DNA from: Octopus sinensis
Taxonomy: Eukaryota
Length of the DNA stretch: 33,525 bases
Reading direction: 5' to 3'
Assembly: GCF_006345805.1 (NCBI RefSeq)
Contig: NW_021829929.1
Location: 1-33,525 of the forward strand
Position numbers and translations under genes: made by a program. The notes beneath the pieces were generated by a model. The model was not told the DNA's origin, ran no database searches, and worked only from the letters and a program-made list of their open reading frames with translations. This document shows, piece after piece, positions 1 to 10,936 of this stretch; the stretch's first letter is position 1, and each line of letters begins with the position of its first letter.

Positions 1-183
1 ATACAATATGTTCATGGCAAACCCTCAAACAGCTATCAGGGTCTGAAAGTTTCTGAGGGAATCGGGACTGAAGTTGGTGGAGGACCAAATTCATCATTGC
101 AAGACAAAACCCATCCATATTTGAGGAAAGACATGGAAAATAAGATTCAACATTTCTCAGCATCTAAAGAATTACCTCCAAGA

Positions 184-440
184 TGGCATGTAAAAAGCAC
201 CATCCGATCGTGGCCGTTACCAGCCGCCCCTGGCACCTGTGCCGGTGACACGTAAAAAGCACCCACTACACTCATGGAGTGGTTGTCGTTAGGAAGGGCA
301 TCCAGCCATAGAAACACTGCCAGATCAGACTGGGCCTGGCACAGCCTTCTGGCGCAGCCTTCTGGCTTCCCAGACCCCAGTTGAACCGTCCAACCCATGC
401 TAGCATGGAAAGCGGATGCTAAACGATGATGATGATGATG
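184..440 (+). mobile_element. SINE-like element 3' part ending in a (GAT)n tail
   Basis: Inverted copy at 4171-4357; ends ...GCGGATGCTAAACGATGATGATGATGATG, a simple-repeat tail typical of LINE-mobilised SINEs. Confidence 0.75.
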
Positions 441-642
441 TTATCATGAAGATTTCATACAAAGATGGTCATTATGCCCCAGGTCAAAAGATCACAAAAC
501 AAGAAATTGCTTCCAAAAGTTCTCCAAGCCAATCTGCTTGCAACATGCGATGCACATCTGCATCGACTGCTTTGCTCAGAGTGATGAGGATGAGAGTGCA
601 AACAATGAGTAAACAGTGAATATGAAAGGACCACTCTCCCCT

Positions 643-2262
643 CCGTAAGATACTTTTATCTAGTTTCACTTTCATTTTCAAAGAGTACTCGCTTGTTTTT
701 GTTTACATGTTAAACACATTATATCGGAATATGGTTTTTGGTAATATTATTGCTTAGGAACACATCAAAATCATAGAAAATATTAAAAAATAAGCTAAAA
801 CTATTAATGGGACTCTCCATACCCCAACCACACCAATGATGAAAAATACAGAACTACCCCACCAGTGGGTTAAGATGGTTCATCATAAAGCCATTGGAAG
901 ACATTTTAAAATAGTTTTGCAGAGAACTTTGCAAGTTTCTTTGCTTGTGAATCAGTTGTCACGTCTACAAATGATGGTGTCCCTGAGTCTTTTCAGAGTG
1001 ATTCAGAAAACAATTATATATTTTTTGTCTATTCTAAATGATCTTGACATTGTTTTTGACTTTACATAAAATATTCTTTACATTCTACTGTTGTTTTATT
1101 GTCATTTATTTACAAGTATTATAAATTTTATTGGTAAAATATTTTTCTAGCAATGAATTACAATTTATAACATTGCTTCTATGGGAAATTATTGCTTTGC
1201 TTTATGAGTTTTCACTTTAGGAGCAATCTCCAGGAAGAAATTAACTCATATATCAAGGCATTATTGTATCTGACATTATTTTGGCACAAGGCCAGCAATC
1301 TCAGGGGAAGGAGTAAGTTGAATAACCACATGGATCAGCATGTGTGCTTTTTACATGAACTAGCAGAACTGCTTCTTACAGGGAGTGGCATTGCACGATA
1401 TACCTATATATATAAAGCTGAAGTTGTCTGTGTGTGTAGCAGGTTTTGCAGCCTTCAACTAACACTATCTCTACCGAGACACTGTGATGTCATTTATTTA
1501 CAAGTTTTATAAATTTTAGAGGTAAAATATTTTTCTGGGAATGAATTAGGATTTATAACATTGCTTCTAGAATACAGTTTTTGGTAATATTATTGCTTAG
1601 GAACACATCTAAAGTCATAAAAAGTACTAAAAAAAATGGCTAAAACTATTAATGGGGTTCTCCATACCCCACTGCATTAATCATGAAAAAATACAGAACT
1701 ACCCCACCAGTGGGTTAATATTTTATCATAAAGCCATTGGAAGACATTTTTAAGTAGTTTTGCAGAGAAAATATGGCAAAAGTTTGCTTTAAGCTTAGCA
1801 TATAACTTCTCGTAACTTCTATATTTTTAGGAATATTTTTTTTTGCATAATCGTACGATTGTGATTATAGAGGTAAAGAAACAAAATTGGTGCATGTTTT
1901 AAGGGCCATTTAGCTTACAGTAGTGTCCCCTTTTCCCTGTTTAGGAATTGAACCCACAATTTTCCCTGTTTAGGAATTGACTTCACAGATCTTCCAAACT
2001 TTGATCAGCCATTTGCTATTTTGCCAAGCATGTACTGTCGGAAACATACTCTGTCTTTGTACCTCACCCTACCCTCATAAATGGCTAGGCATTTATGAGG
2101 GTATATCAGAATATGGTTTTTGGTAATAGTATTGCTTAAGAACACATCTAAAGTCATAAAAAGTATAGAAAATGGCTAAAACTATTATATTAACATATAA
2201 ACAAAAACAAATGAGTACTCTTTGAAAATGAAAGTGAAACAAGATAAAAGTATCTTATGGTT
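643..2262. repeat. Rearranged DNA-transposon-like repeat block
   Basis: Direct repeats at ~720-930, ~1570-1770 and ~2103-2186; inverted pair 643-712 vs ~2190-2262; 1020-1218 recurs inverted at ~29180-29372; two GGG|TTAA motifs (867-873, 1712-1718). Confidence 0.55.
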
Positions 2263-2284
2263 AGAGACTCATTTATAAGCATTA

Positions 2285-2672
2285 TGATGAAGGTCTTATT
2301 TTAAATAAGGGACCAGTTTGGTTCTCCACCTACTGGCCCACTACTAGTGTCTTCAGTGTAGGTATTGTGACAGTTTTAAAAATCCTGTCTCTATCATGAT
2401 ACTGGAAACATGAAAGTCACTAAAAGCTTCTTCGCTGCTCCAATCGTTTGCTATTCTGGGTAACTTGCTTATTCTCATTAATATATTTATAGCAGAAAAT
2501 GCTTGGATTTCATCTAAGCATGTGGGTGGCCAGAAATGGTCCTTTCTACCACATTGCTTATATTCTGTGTAGCAATGGTTCTGCACAGTAATTGCTTCCA
2601 ACAAACTAGGAGGGAAAAATAAAAGAAGGTCAAATGGTTTTGTCTCCTGGAAATCACTGTGACTAGGTCCAA
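2285..2672 (-). pseudogene. piggyBac-family transposase remnant (N-terminal part of the DDE_Tnp_1_7 region)
   Basis: Translation PFDLLLFFPPSLLEAITVQ...WPPTCLDEIQAFSAINILMRISKLPRIANDWSS...IMIETGFLKLSQYLH, then PLFKIRP after a stop/frameshift; this follows the piggyBac/PGBD motif order. The ORF start MLQHGRSQ is borrowed from the adjacent SINE. Confidence 0.8.
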
Positions 2673-2673
2673 T

Positions 2674-3067
2674 CTCTTTTCTCTTTTTACTTGTTTCAGT
2701 CATTTGACTGCGGCCATGCTGGAGCACTGCCTTTAATCGAGCAACTCGACCCCGGGACTTATTCTTTGTAAGCCCAGTACTTATTCTATTGGTCCCCTTT
2801 TACCGAACCGCTAAGTCACGGGGACATAAACACACCAGCATCGGTTGTCAAGCAATGCTAGGGGGACAAACACAAACACACAATACATATATATATATAT
2901 ACATATATACAACAGGCTTCTTTCAGTTTCCGTCTACCAAATGCACACACAAGGCTTTGGTCGTCCCGAGGCTATAGTATAAGACACTTGCCCAAGGTGC
3001 CATGCAGTGGGACTGAACCCGGAACCATGTGGTTGGTAACCAAGCTACTTACCACACAGCCGCTCCT
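2674..3067 (-). mobile_element. tRNA-derived SINE family A, full length
   Basis: Reverse complement of the copy at 6905-7518; tRNA-like head (TGTGGTAAGTAG...GGTTCAGTCCC), internal (TA)n, GTAAAAGAG-type tail. Confidence 0.85.
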
Positions 3068-3068
3068 A

Positions 3069-3612
3069 CACCTATATATATATATACATACGATGTTCTT
3101 CTTTCAGTTTCCGTCTACCAAATCCACTCACAAGGCTTTGGTCGTCCCGAGGCTATAGTAGAAGACACTTGCCCAAGGTGCCATGCAGTGGGACTGAACC
3201 CGGAACCATGTGGTTGGTAACCAAGCTACTTACACACAGCCGCTCCTACACCTATATATATATATATACATACGATGGGCTTCTTTCAGTTTCCGTCTAC
3301 CAAATCCATTCACAAGGCATTGGTCGGCCCGAGGCTATAGTAGAAGACACTTGCCCAAGGTGCCATGCAGTGGGACTGAACCCGGAACCATGTGGTTGGT
3401 AACCAAGCTACTTACCACACAGCCGCTCCTACACCTATATATATATATACATACGATGGGCTTCTTTCAGTTTCCGTCTACCAAATCCACTCACAAGGCT
3501 TTGGTCGTCCCGAGGCTATAGTAGAAGACACTTGCCCAAGGTGCCATGCAGTAGGACTGAACCCGGAACCATGTGGTTGGTAACCAAGCTACTTACCACT
3601 CAGCCGCTCCTA
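3069..3612 (-). repeat. Three extra tandem copies of the family A SINE head (~181 bp unit)
   Basis: Units end in CAGCCGCTCCTA at 3068, 3248, 3431 and 3612. Confidence 0.9.
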
Positions 3613-3959
3613 AACAGTATTCAAACATTTGTTACAGTCAGATACAAGTTCGTTTTCTTTGTCACTGAGTTATTGTCTGAATTACTTTCACTTTCAGAAA
3701 CAGAAATATCTCATTCGATTTCAGACACCAGGATTTTGTTTTTGCTGAATATTTTGTTCGATTTTATTTCTATGTCTTCAGACAACAAATTCTGATTTAC
3801 TCGACAACATAAAACAGTTATTGATCTCTAATCAGTATTAAAAAAGTCTCAAAACCACAATGTAGAAAATATGTGTTTGCGTGCGTTTGTGTGGAGGGTG
3901 GGAGGATCTTAAGAAATTCGCAGAGGTCGGATATCTCATCAAATATCAGAATTTCATCT

Positions 3960-4075
3960 GTCTTTACATTCTGGGTTCATATCCTGCCAAGGTCGACTTT
4001 GCCTTCCATCTTTCGGGGATCAATGAAATAATTACTAATTGAACAATGGTGTCTGATGTAATTGACCTATCTGCT
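3960..4075 (+). mobile_element. Degenerate SINE family B fragment
   Basis: GGGTTCATATCCTGCCAAGGTCGACTTTGCCTTCCATCTTTCGGGG resembles the family B core at 20848-20996. Confidence 0.55.
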
Positions 4076-4170
4076 CCTGGGTAAAAGTAAAAAACCTGAA
4101 CACCTCTGCCAGGCCATGTTGGAACAGTGTGGTTCAGATATACATTTATTACATATATATATATATATAT

Positions 4171-4357
4171 ATCATCATCTTCATCATCATCATTTAGCGT
4201 CCGCTTTCCATGCTAGCATGGGTTGGATGGTGCAACTGGGGTCTGGGAAGCCAGAAGGCTGCACCAGGCCCAGTCTGATTTGGCAATGTTTCTATGGCTG
4301 GATGCCCTTCCTAACGCCAACCACTCCATGAGTGTAGTGGGTGCTTTTTACATGCCA
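4171..4357 (-). mobile_element. (GAT)n-tailed SINE-like element, second copy
   Basis: Reverse complement of ~250-440 with (ATC)n at its left end. Confidence 0.75.
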
Positions 4358-4388
4358 GACAAGGCTGGCAAACGGCCATATATATATA

Positions 4389-4441
<53 letters not shown>

Positions 4442-4650
4442 GTATATATATATATATATATATCTATATATATATATATATATATATATCTATATATATA
4501 TAATATATGTATATATAATATATGTATATATATACATGTATACATATATATGTATGTATATATTATATATATATATAATATATATATATATAATATATGT
4601 ATATATATACATGTATACATATATATGTATGTATATATATATATATATAT

Positions 4651-4960
4651 GAGGTTGTGAGGTTGTGAGCTCGAATCCCGGGCCGGGCTGCGTGTTGTGT
4701 TCTCGAGCAAGACACTTTATTTCACGTTGCTCCAGTTCACTCAGCTGTAGAAATGAGTTGCGACGTCAGGGGTGCCAAACTGTATCGACCTTTGTCTTTC
4801 CTTTGGATAACACTGGTGGCGTGGAGAGGGGAGGCTGGTATGCATGGGCGACTGCTGGCCTTCCATAAACAACCTTGACCGGACTTGTGTCTAGGAGGGT
4901 AACTTTCTAGGTGCAATCCCATGGTCATTCGTGACCGAAGGGGTCTTTACCCTTACCCTT
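4651..4960 (+). mobile_element. 5'-truncated SINE with CORE-like segment
   Basis: B-box-like GCTCGAATCCC, then GTGTTCTCGAGCAAGACACTTTATTTCACGTTGCTCCAGTTCACTCAGCTG; tail TTTACCCTTACCCTT. Confidence 0.65.
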
Positions 4961-5009
4961 TATATATATATATAATATATGTATATATATACATGTATAC
5001 ATATATATG

Positions 5010-5064
<55 letters not shown>

Positions 5065-5067
<3 letters not shown>

Positions 5068-5280
5068 TAATACTAAGCAATAAAGGGTTTAGCAACGAAT
5101 TGCCTTACCACATACCGAATTTAGAAATAGCAGTCAAAGAGTTATAGCTATTTCTTCTACTAAAAAGGGAGATCTCAGTAAAAACAGCAATTGGAAGGCA
5201 GACACAAACAGGTAAGAGAGTTGGTGTAATTGATAATATTCCAAATTAATTAATTTCACCCTTCATTATTACGGATAACT
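5065..5280. repeat. Interspersed repeat flanked by (TA)n, unclassified
   Basis: 5065-5135 is the reverse complement of ~31231-31298 with scattered mismatches. Confidence 0.55.
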
Positions 5281-5347
5281 ATATATATATATATATAATA
5301 TATATATATATAAAATATATGTATATATATACATGTATACATATATG

Positions 5348-5393
<46 letters not shown>

Positions 5394-5537
5394 ATATGTA
5401 TATATATACATGTATACATATATATGTATGTATATATATATATGTATGTATATATATATATAATTATGTATATATATACATGTATACATATATCTGTATG
5501 TACATATATATGTAAGTATATGTATACATATATGTAC

Positions 5538-5607
<70 letters not shown>

Positions 5608-5637
5608 CATATATGTATATATATATATAAATGTATA

Positions 5638-5672
<35 letters not shown>

Positions 5673-5910
5673 TATATATATATGTGTGTGTATATATATA
5701 TGTATATATATGTACATGTATATTATATGTGTATATGTATATATATATATATATGTATATGTGTGTGTGTATATATATATATGTGAGTATATATATGTAC
5801 ATGTATATATATGTGTATATGTATACATATATGTGTGTGTGTGTGTGTGTATATGTACATGTATATATATATGTATATGTATATATATATATATGTATAT
5901 GTATATATAC

Positions 5911-6098
5911 ATATGTCCCTCGTTTAAGAAACAGATTGGGTTTATTTACATTTCTGAAGAAAAAAAAGATACCCTTCTCCCCACCCCTAACCCTAAAACA
6001 GATTGAAATGCAATAGATCGATACTAGGGTCATAATTGTGGGTGACAATTTCATATGACACCGCTAGAAAAAAACTGCCGTTCAAACCGAAAAGATCC
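5911..6098 (+). mobile_element. MITE-like family 1, right half
   Basis: Ends in AAAAACTGCCGTTCAAACCGAAAAGATCC, the inverse of GGATCTTTTCGGTTTGA..GGCAGTTTTT; internal CCCTAACCCTAA; further copies at 7864, 8337, 14022 and 24682. Confidence 0.8.
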
Positions 6099-6539
6099 GA
6101 ACCTCTATATTTAGCCCCTTGTGGGCAATACCAAAAAAAACCCCCAAAAAGTCCCAGGACTACCACGTGTAACTGATATTTTAACTGAGTTCGAAATAAC
6201 CCCAGGTGTGAATTAAAGAATTCTCTAAATGCAGAGTTACTTCCCCATTGTACGTTTTCCCGCAATATTTTTCATTCCCTGCCGTTGATGGACCCTCGCC
6301 TACATTATTACATGTCTCGTTCGTTTAACAGATAATTAGCCAACATTTAATTTAATAGACGTGATTGATAATTAACAATATCAATCATTTATCTCCTGCA
6401 TTCTTTACTACGTTGATCTTAAAAATATAAATCAGCATTCATGGTAAAACCTAGAATTTCTTACGAAGCCATCATTCGCTTCCTTGGCTAAAGTTCTGAC
6501 TGCCTCAACGTTCTGCGACTTCGTTGCCGGATCCTATAT

Positions 6540-6688
6540 ACCTATTTCTTTGCTACCCACCAGGGGCTAAACACAGAGGGGACAAACAAGGACTGACAAA
6601 CGGATTAAGGCGATTATATCGACCCTAGTACGTGACTGGTACTTATTTAATCGACCCCGAAAGGATGAAAGGCAAAGTCGACCTCGGT
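6540..6688 (-). mobile_element. SINE family B fragment
   Basis: TATTTCTTTGCTACCCAC..GGGGCTAAACACAGAGGGGACAAAC...GACCCCGAAAGGATGAAAGGCAAAGTCGACCTCGG, shared with copies at 28114, 30781 and 32400. Confidence 0.85.
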
Positions 6689-6904
6689 TTAATTTCTGAC
6701 TTGCTTGAACGTACTGCGACTTGTTCCTTGCTGGATCTCTATGTTACCTGCTTACTGTCATTGTCCACCTTGGATTTATTGTGATATCTTCCTCCTCCAC
6801 ACTGGGTCTATTATATAATACGTAAGTGTTATATTTATTCTGTCATTGTCTACCTTGGCTGGGCATCTCTCTCTAGATTTATCATTAATGTGTCAGTATT
6901 GCGC

Positions 6905-7282
6905 AGGAGTGGCTGTGTGGTAAGTAGCTTGCTTACCAACCACATGGTTCCGGGTTCAGTCCCACTGCGTGGCACCTTGGGCAAGTGTCTTCTACTATAG
7001 CCTCGAGCCAACCAAATCCTTGTGAGTGGATTTGGTAGACGGAAACTGAAAGAAGCCTGTCGTATAGATGTGTATATATATATGTGTGTGACTGTGTTTG
7101 TCCTCTAGCATTGCTTGACAACCGATGCTGGTGTATATATATGTGTTTGTGTGTCTGTTTGTCCCCACCAAAACCACATGGTTTCGGGTTCAGTCCCACT
7201 GCGTGGCACCTTGAGCAAGTGTCTGCTACTATAGCCTTGTCAGTGGATTTGGTAGACGGAAACTGAAAAGAAGCCCGTCGTA

Positions 7283-7314
<32 letters not shown>

Positions 7315-7518
7315 CGTGTGTGTTTGTCCTCCTAACATTGCTTGAGAATTGCTGGTGTGTTTATGTCCCCGTTACCTAGCGGTTCGGCAAAAGTGACCGA
7401 TAGAATAAGTACTGGGCTTACAAAAGAATAAGTCCGGGGTCGAGTTGCTCGATTAAAGGCTGTGCTCCAGCGTGGCCGCAGTCAAATGACTGGAACAAGT
7501 AAAAGAGTAAAGAGAGAG
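6905..7518 (+). mobile_element. SINE family A with internally duplicated head
   Basis: Head at 6905-7070 repeated at ~7172-7280, then the family tail to GTAAAAGAGTAAAGAGAGAG. Confidence 0.85.
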
Positions 7519-7660
7519 TATTATTCACTTGAATTTTTTGTGTGTGTGTTCAGTAAATTATCGGAAAGAAACTGAAGGAGGAAAATAATTGTTTTAATCC
7601 ATACACGAAGGGTCTCACACAATGTAAATGCGAATTAAAAATTGGAATAACTAAGATGTT

Positions 7661-7760
7661 GGTACTATTTAAGAAGAGTGGTCCCGGTGCGCGCACTCGC
7701 ACAAGCTAGTCGTGACTAGTCGATCCTAAAACGACTACCTATCCTATAACAAATGTTCAT
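7661..7760 (+). mobile_element. MITE-like family 2, left end only
   Basis: GGTACTATTTAAGAAGAGTGGTCCCGGTGCGCGCACTCGC...GTCGATCCT matches the terminal repeat of the copies at 22401 and 28522. Confidence 0.65.
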
Positions 7761-7863
7761 AAAAATTCGGTTGAAAGTTTTTAGAAGAACGTAAAACGAT
7801 GTTTTAAGAGTATGATGGGGGTACCAAAAACAGGTACTGTGTGTTGTTCTTATTTAATCTGTT

Positions 7864-8170
7864 GGATCTTTTCGGTTTGAACGACAGTGTTTTCTAGCAG
7901 TGTCATATGAAATTGTCACCCATAATTATGACCCTAGTATCGATCTATTGCATTTCAATCTAATTTAGGGTTAGGGTTGGGGGAAAGGGCATCTTTTTTT
8001 CTTTAGAAATGTAAATAAACCCAATCTGTTTCTTAAACGAGGGACATATTCATACGGCACAGAATGGTTTCACCTCAATAGACGTCATTGATTGGTTGAA
8101 ATTGCAGAAATTGAAGAAAAAACAACAAATATCTTACAAACTCTAGAATTTTCTCAATAAAACCAAGAGA
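7864..8170 (-). mobile_element. MITE-like family 1, truncated
   Basis: Reverse complement of 5911-6098 plus interior; cut at 8170 by a SINE A head fragment (8171-8220). Confidence 0.8.
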
Positions 8171-8336
8171 CTGAACCCGAACCATGTTGTTGGTAAACAA
8201 GCTACTTACCACACAGCCACAGACGTTTTCAATTTAATTTGGATTCTTTGCCATCAAATTTGAATTCTTCAATTGGTGCTCAAGCCTTGAAAAAAAAGAG
8301 AGTTAAACTACATCAGCCGTAAGGGAATACATGTCT

Positions 8337-8822
8337 GGATCTTTTCCGTTTGACCGGCAGTTTTTTAAAATAATTTCCACGTAACTAAACACTTTTAAAC
8401 TTCCTATACTGGTAGAATGTGTTTATAAAACATCTTTTTCTCTTGGCTTTATTGAGAAAATTCTATAGTTTGTAAGATATTTGGGATCTTTTCGGTTTGA
8501 CCGGCAGTTTTTTAAAATAATTTCCACGTAACTAAACACTTTTAAACTTCGTATACTGGTAGAATGTGTTTATAAAACATCTTTTTCTCTTGGCTTTATT
8601 GAGAAAATTCTATAGTTTGTAAGATATTTGGGATCTTTTCCGTTTGACCGGCAGTTTTTTAAAATAATTTCCACGTAACTAAACACTTTTAAACTTCGTA
8701 TACTGGTAGAATGTGTTTATAAAACATCTTTTTCTCTTGGCTTTATTGAGAAAATTCTATAATTTGTAAGATATTTGTCGTTTAATTTGTTAATTTTCGG
8801 CAATTTCAACCAATCAATAACA
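8337..8822 (+). repeat. Three tandem 147-bp copies of the family 1 MITE left end
   Basis: GGATCTTTTC(C/G)GTTTGACCGGCAG starts at 8337, 8484 and 8631. Confidence 0.9.
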
Positions 8823-8983
8823 TTGATTGGATGTGCCTCTCATTAATTCAATCTAGCTGTTTCTGCTCATCTCGACAGGCAGAAAGTTCTGCTTGATAAA
8901 ATTAATATATTGATGGACAAGCTAAAATCATTAAAATTGTGGGTAAACTTTGGGGCAAAAACACCTTTACACCTTATACAAAA

Positions 8984-9288
8984 GTGGAGGCACATGGCCT
9001 GGTGGTTAGAGCAGCAGACTTGCAGTTGAGGGATCGCTGGTTCAAATCTCAGACTGGCCGATGTGTGTGTTTATGAGCGAAACACCTAAGCTCCACGCGG
9101 CTCAGGCAGAAGGTAATGGAGAACTTCTGCTGACTCTTTTGCCACAACTTTCTCTCACTTTTTCCTCCTGCATCTTGCAGCTCACCTGCGACGAACCGGC
9201 GTCCCGTCCAGGTGGGGAACCTATACGCCAAGGAAACTGGGAAAACGGCCCTTATGAGCCAGGCATGGCTCGAGAAGGGACAAAGAAT
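8984..9288 (+). mobile_element. tRNA-derived SINE family C
   Basis: A-box-like TGGCCTGGTGG, B-box-like GGTTCAAATC, long non-tRNA body; second copy directly downstream. Confidence 0.8.
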
Positions 9289-9304
9289 ATATATAAATAT
9301 ATAT

Positions 9305-9583
9305 GTGGAGGCACATGGTTAGAGTAGTGGACTCGCGGTCGAGGGATCATGGGTTCAAATATCAGTCTGGGCGATGTGTGTATTTATGAGCGAAACACCT
9401 AAGCTCCACGCGGCTCCAGCAGAAGGTAATGGTGAAACTTCTACTCACTCTTTCGCCACATCTTTCTCTCACCCGCTCACCTGCGACGGACCGGTGTCCC
9501 GTCCAGGTGGGGAACCTATTCGCCAAGGAAGCTGGGAAACCGGCCCTTATGAGCCAGGCATGGCTCGAGAAGGAACAAACAAA
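9305..9583 (+). mobile_element. tRNA-derived SINE family C, tandem second copy
   Basis: Colinear with 8984-9288 with small deletions. Confidence 0.8.
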
Positions 9584-9585
9584 CC

Positions 9586-9712
9586 TTATACAAAGAAATA
9601 AATCCTGTTGGTCCAGTACTTACGAAATGATTGAGAGATTCTTCCAACTCTGGCCGTTTTTAGACTCTTTTCAAGGTGATACAAAGCTGCTTGATCATCT
9701 GTTGACTCCACT
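9586..9712 (+). pseudogene. Possible hAT transposase fragment
   Basis: IQRNKSCWSSTYEMIERFFQLWPFL resembles the hAT TRW(N/S)ST(Y/F).M..R motif; short and without context. Confidence 0.5.
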
Positions 9713-9910
9713 GGGCCATTGCGCCTCCACTTTCTAGGGGTAAGCATGTAGGAAATAACAATTGCTACCAAAGGCCCAAAATCTTGTTATACAATGTTAT
9801 CTGTTGAAGGCCTTCTACCTCTCTCAAATACAATGTTCATATAAGATTGAGTCTGTATTTTCTGAAGCCTTTTGCCAGATTTTTGATGTGAAATTGTGTG
9901 TTGAAACAGA

Positions 9911-10272
9911 CATTGTTGTATTTCGCAATGGTCATTTTGCCAGTTTAGCCAATAAAAACACACGCACTATATATTTGGTGTTACTTTGCTTCAACGTTAT
10001 TTATTTTTTACATTAATCCTAATCTTTTTTCGGCCAGAGTTCTTTCGTCACACTCCTGTGACCGCATCAGTGGTCCTTTGCTTTCTTCTTTCTTATTTGT
10101 GTGTCTCTCCTTACTAACCGTCAGCTGATGAGTGTGACGAAAGAACTCTGGCCAAAATAAGATTAAGATTAATGTAAAAAATAAATAACACTGAAGCAAA
10201 GTAACACCAAATATATAGTGTGTGTGTTTTTATTGGCTAAACTGGCAAAATGACCATTCCTAAATACAACAG
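9911..10272. repeat. Inverted repeat, ~140-bp arms with ~75-bp spacer
   Basis: 9914-10055 pairs with 10130-10271 with few mismatches; lies ~90 bp upstream of the zinc-finger copy 1 splice acceptor. Confidence 0.9.
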
Positions 10273-10339
10273 TGGCAATAAATGTTGTATATAAATGAAC
10301 ACCAAGCCTTTGTCATAACCAAAGCTACACTCTGTCTTA

Positions 10340-10364
10340 AACTGTTGTTTCTCTATTATTTCAG
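10340..10364 (+). promoter_or_regulatory. Putative 3' splice acceptor of zinc-finger copy 1 terminal exon
   Basis: Pyrimidine tract CTGTTGTTTCTCTATTATTTCAG; equivalent site ends at 14368 in copy 2. Confidence 0.6.
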
Positions 10365-10792
10365 AATATCAGAGGACATTGGCATGAGAGGAATTTTACT
10401 GCAGAAGCGTCATCAATATTTATCATATTTTGAAGATGATGTTACACAGAACTGGATATAAGAACCCTGTTTATGTAAATTAACTGTGAATTACAGTAAA
10501 ATATTTCTTCTGAGTGACATTATTGGTGAAATTTCTTGGATTCACTCTGAAATGAGTACAACCTAAATTTGAATTCTGAATAAACTTGGATAAATTTAAA
10601 AAGACATTTGCAACATCTGAAGATATCAGCAAAGCTTATATTTGATAAAAATATGGCAGTTGTAACATTTGTTAGGAATAAAATATAGAAACAAGAAGAA
10701 AGGACATTTCCAGACCATTTTGTTGAAGAAAACAATTACAGAAAGAGGAATTGTGTGAGAATCTTGGAGTTTTGTTAGTTTTAGCTGCAGAG

Positions 10793-10936
10793 ATGCCAAA
10801 AGAAAGAGGAAAATCTGTATATGACTGTGATATCTGTGGTAAATCATTCTCTGTGAAAGTTAACTTAGCTACTCACAAATGTACTCATACAGGAGAGAAG
10901 CCACATCATTGTGATATCTGTGGTAAATCATATTAA
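10793..10936 (+). CDS. C2H2 zinc-finger copy 1, N-terminal ORF (MPKERGK start, one intact finger, stop inside finger 2)
   Basis: ATG at 10793 is homologous to ATG 14795 of copy 2; the frame ends at GKSY*. Confidence 0.6.
   Translation: MPKERGKSVYDCDICGKSFSVKVNLATHKCTHTGEKPHHCDICGKSY

Larger units (their letters stand above)
4378..5912. repeat. Compound (TA)n/(TG)n microsatellite field interrupted by two insertions
   Basis: Long TA tracts at 4378-4650, 4961-5064 and 5281-5912; the source of the YIYI pseudo-ORFs. Confidence 0.95.

Noticed and set aside
5985-5996. Telomere-like CCCTAA/TTAGGG motifs (also near 7966, 14106, 27818, 28635)
   Set aside because: Only 1-2 units, embedded in MITE-like elements; not interstitial telomere arrays.
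4223-6054. Long ORFs rich in Y/I/H/T/C/V
   Set aside because: Translations of (TA)n/(TG)n microsatellites, which lack stop codons in some frames.
2911-8822. CRISPR-like arrays (181-bp and 147-bp units)
   Set aside because: Whole units are repeated with no unique spacers; eukaryotic context and no cas genes.
8984-9060. tRNA gene (also heads at 6905, 16455, 31301)
   Set aside because: A/B boxes are present, but there is no complete cloverleaf or acceptor stem and each runs into a repeat body; these are SINE heads.
10911-10913. Start codon for the 609-aa ORF
   Set aside because: It is GTG inside finger 2 of the upstream frame, not a credible eukaryotic start.
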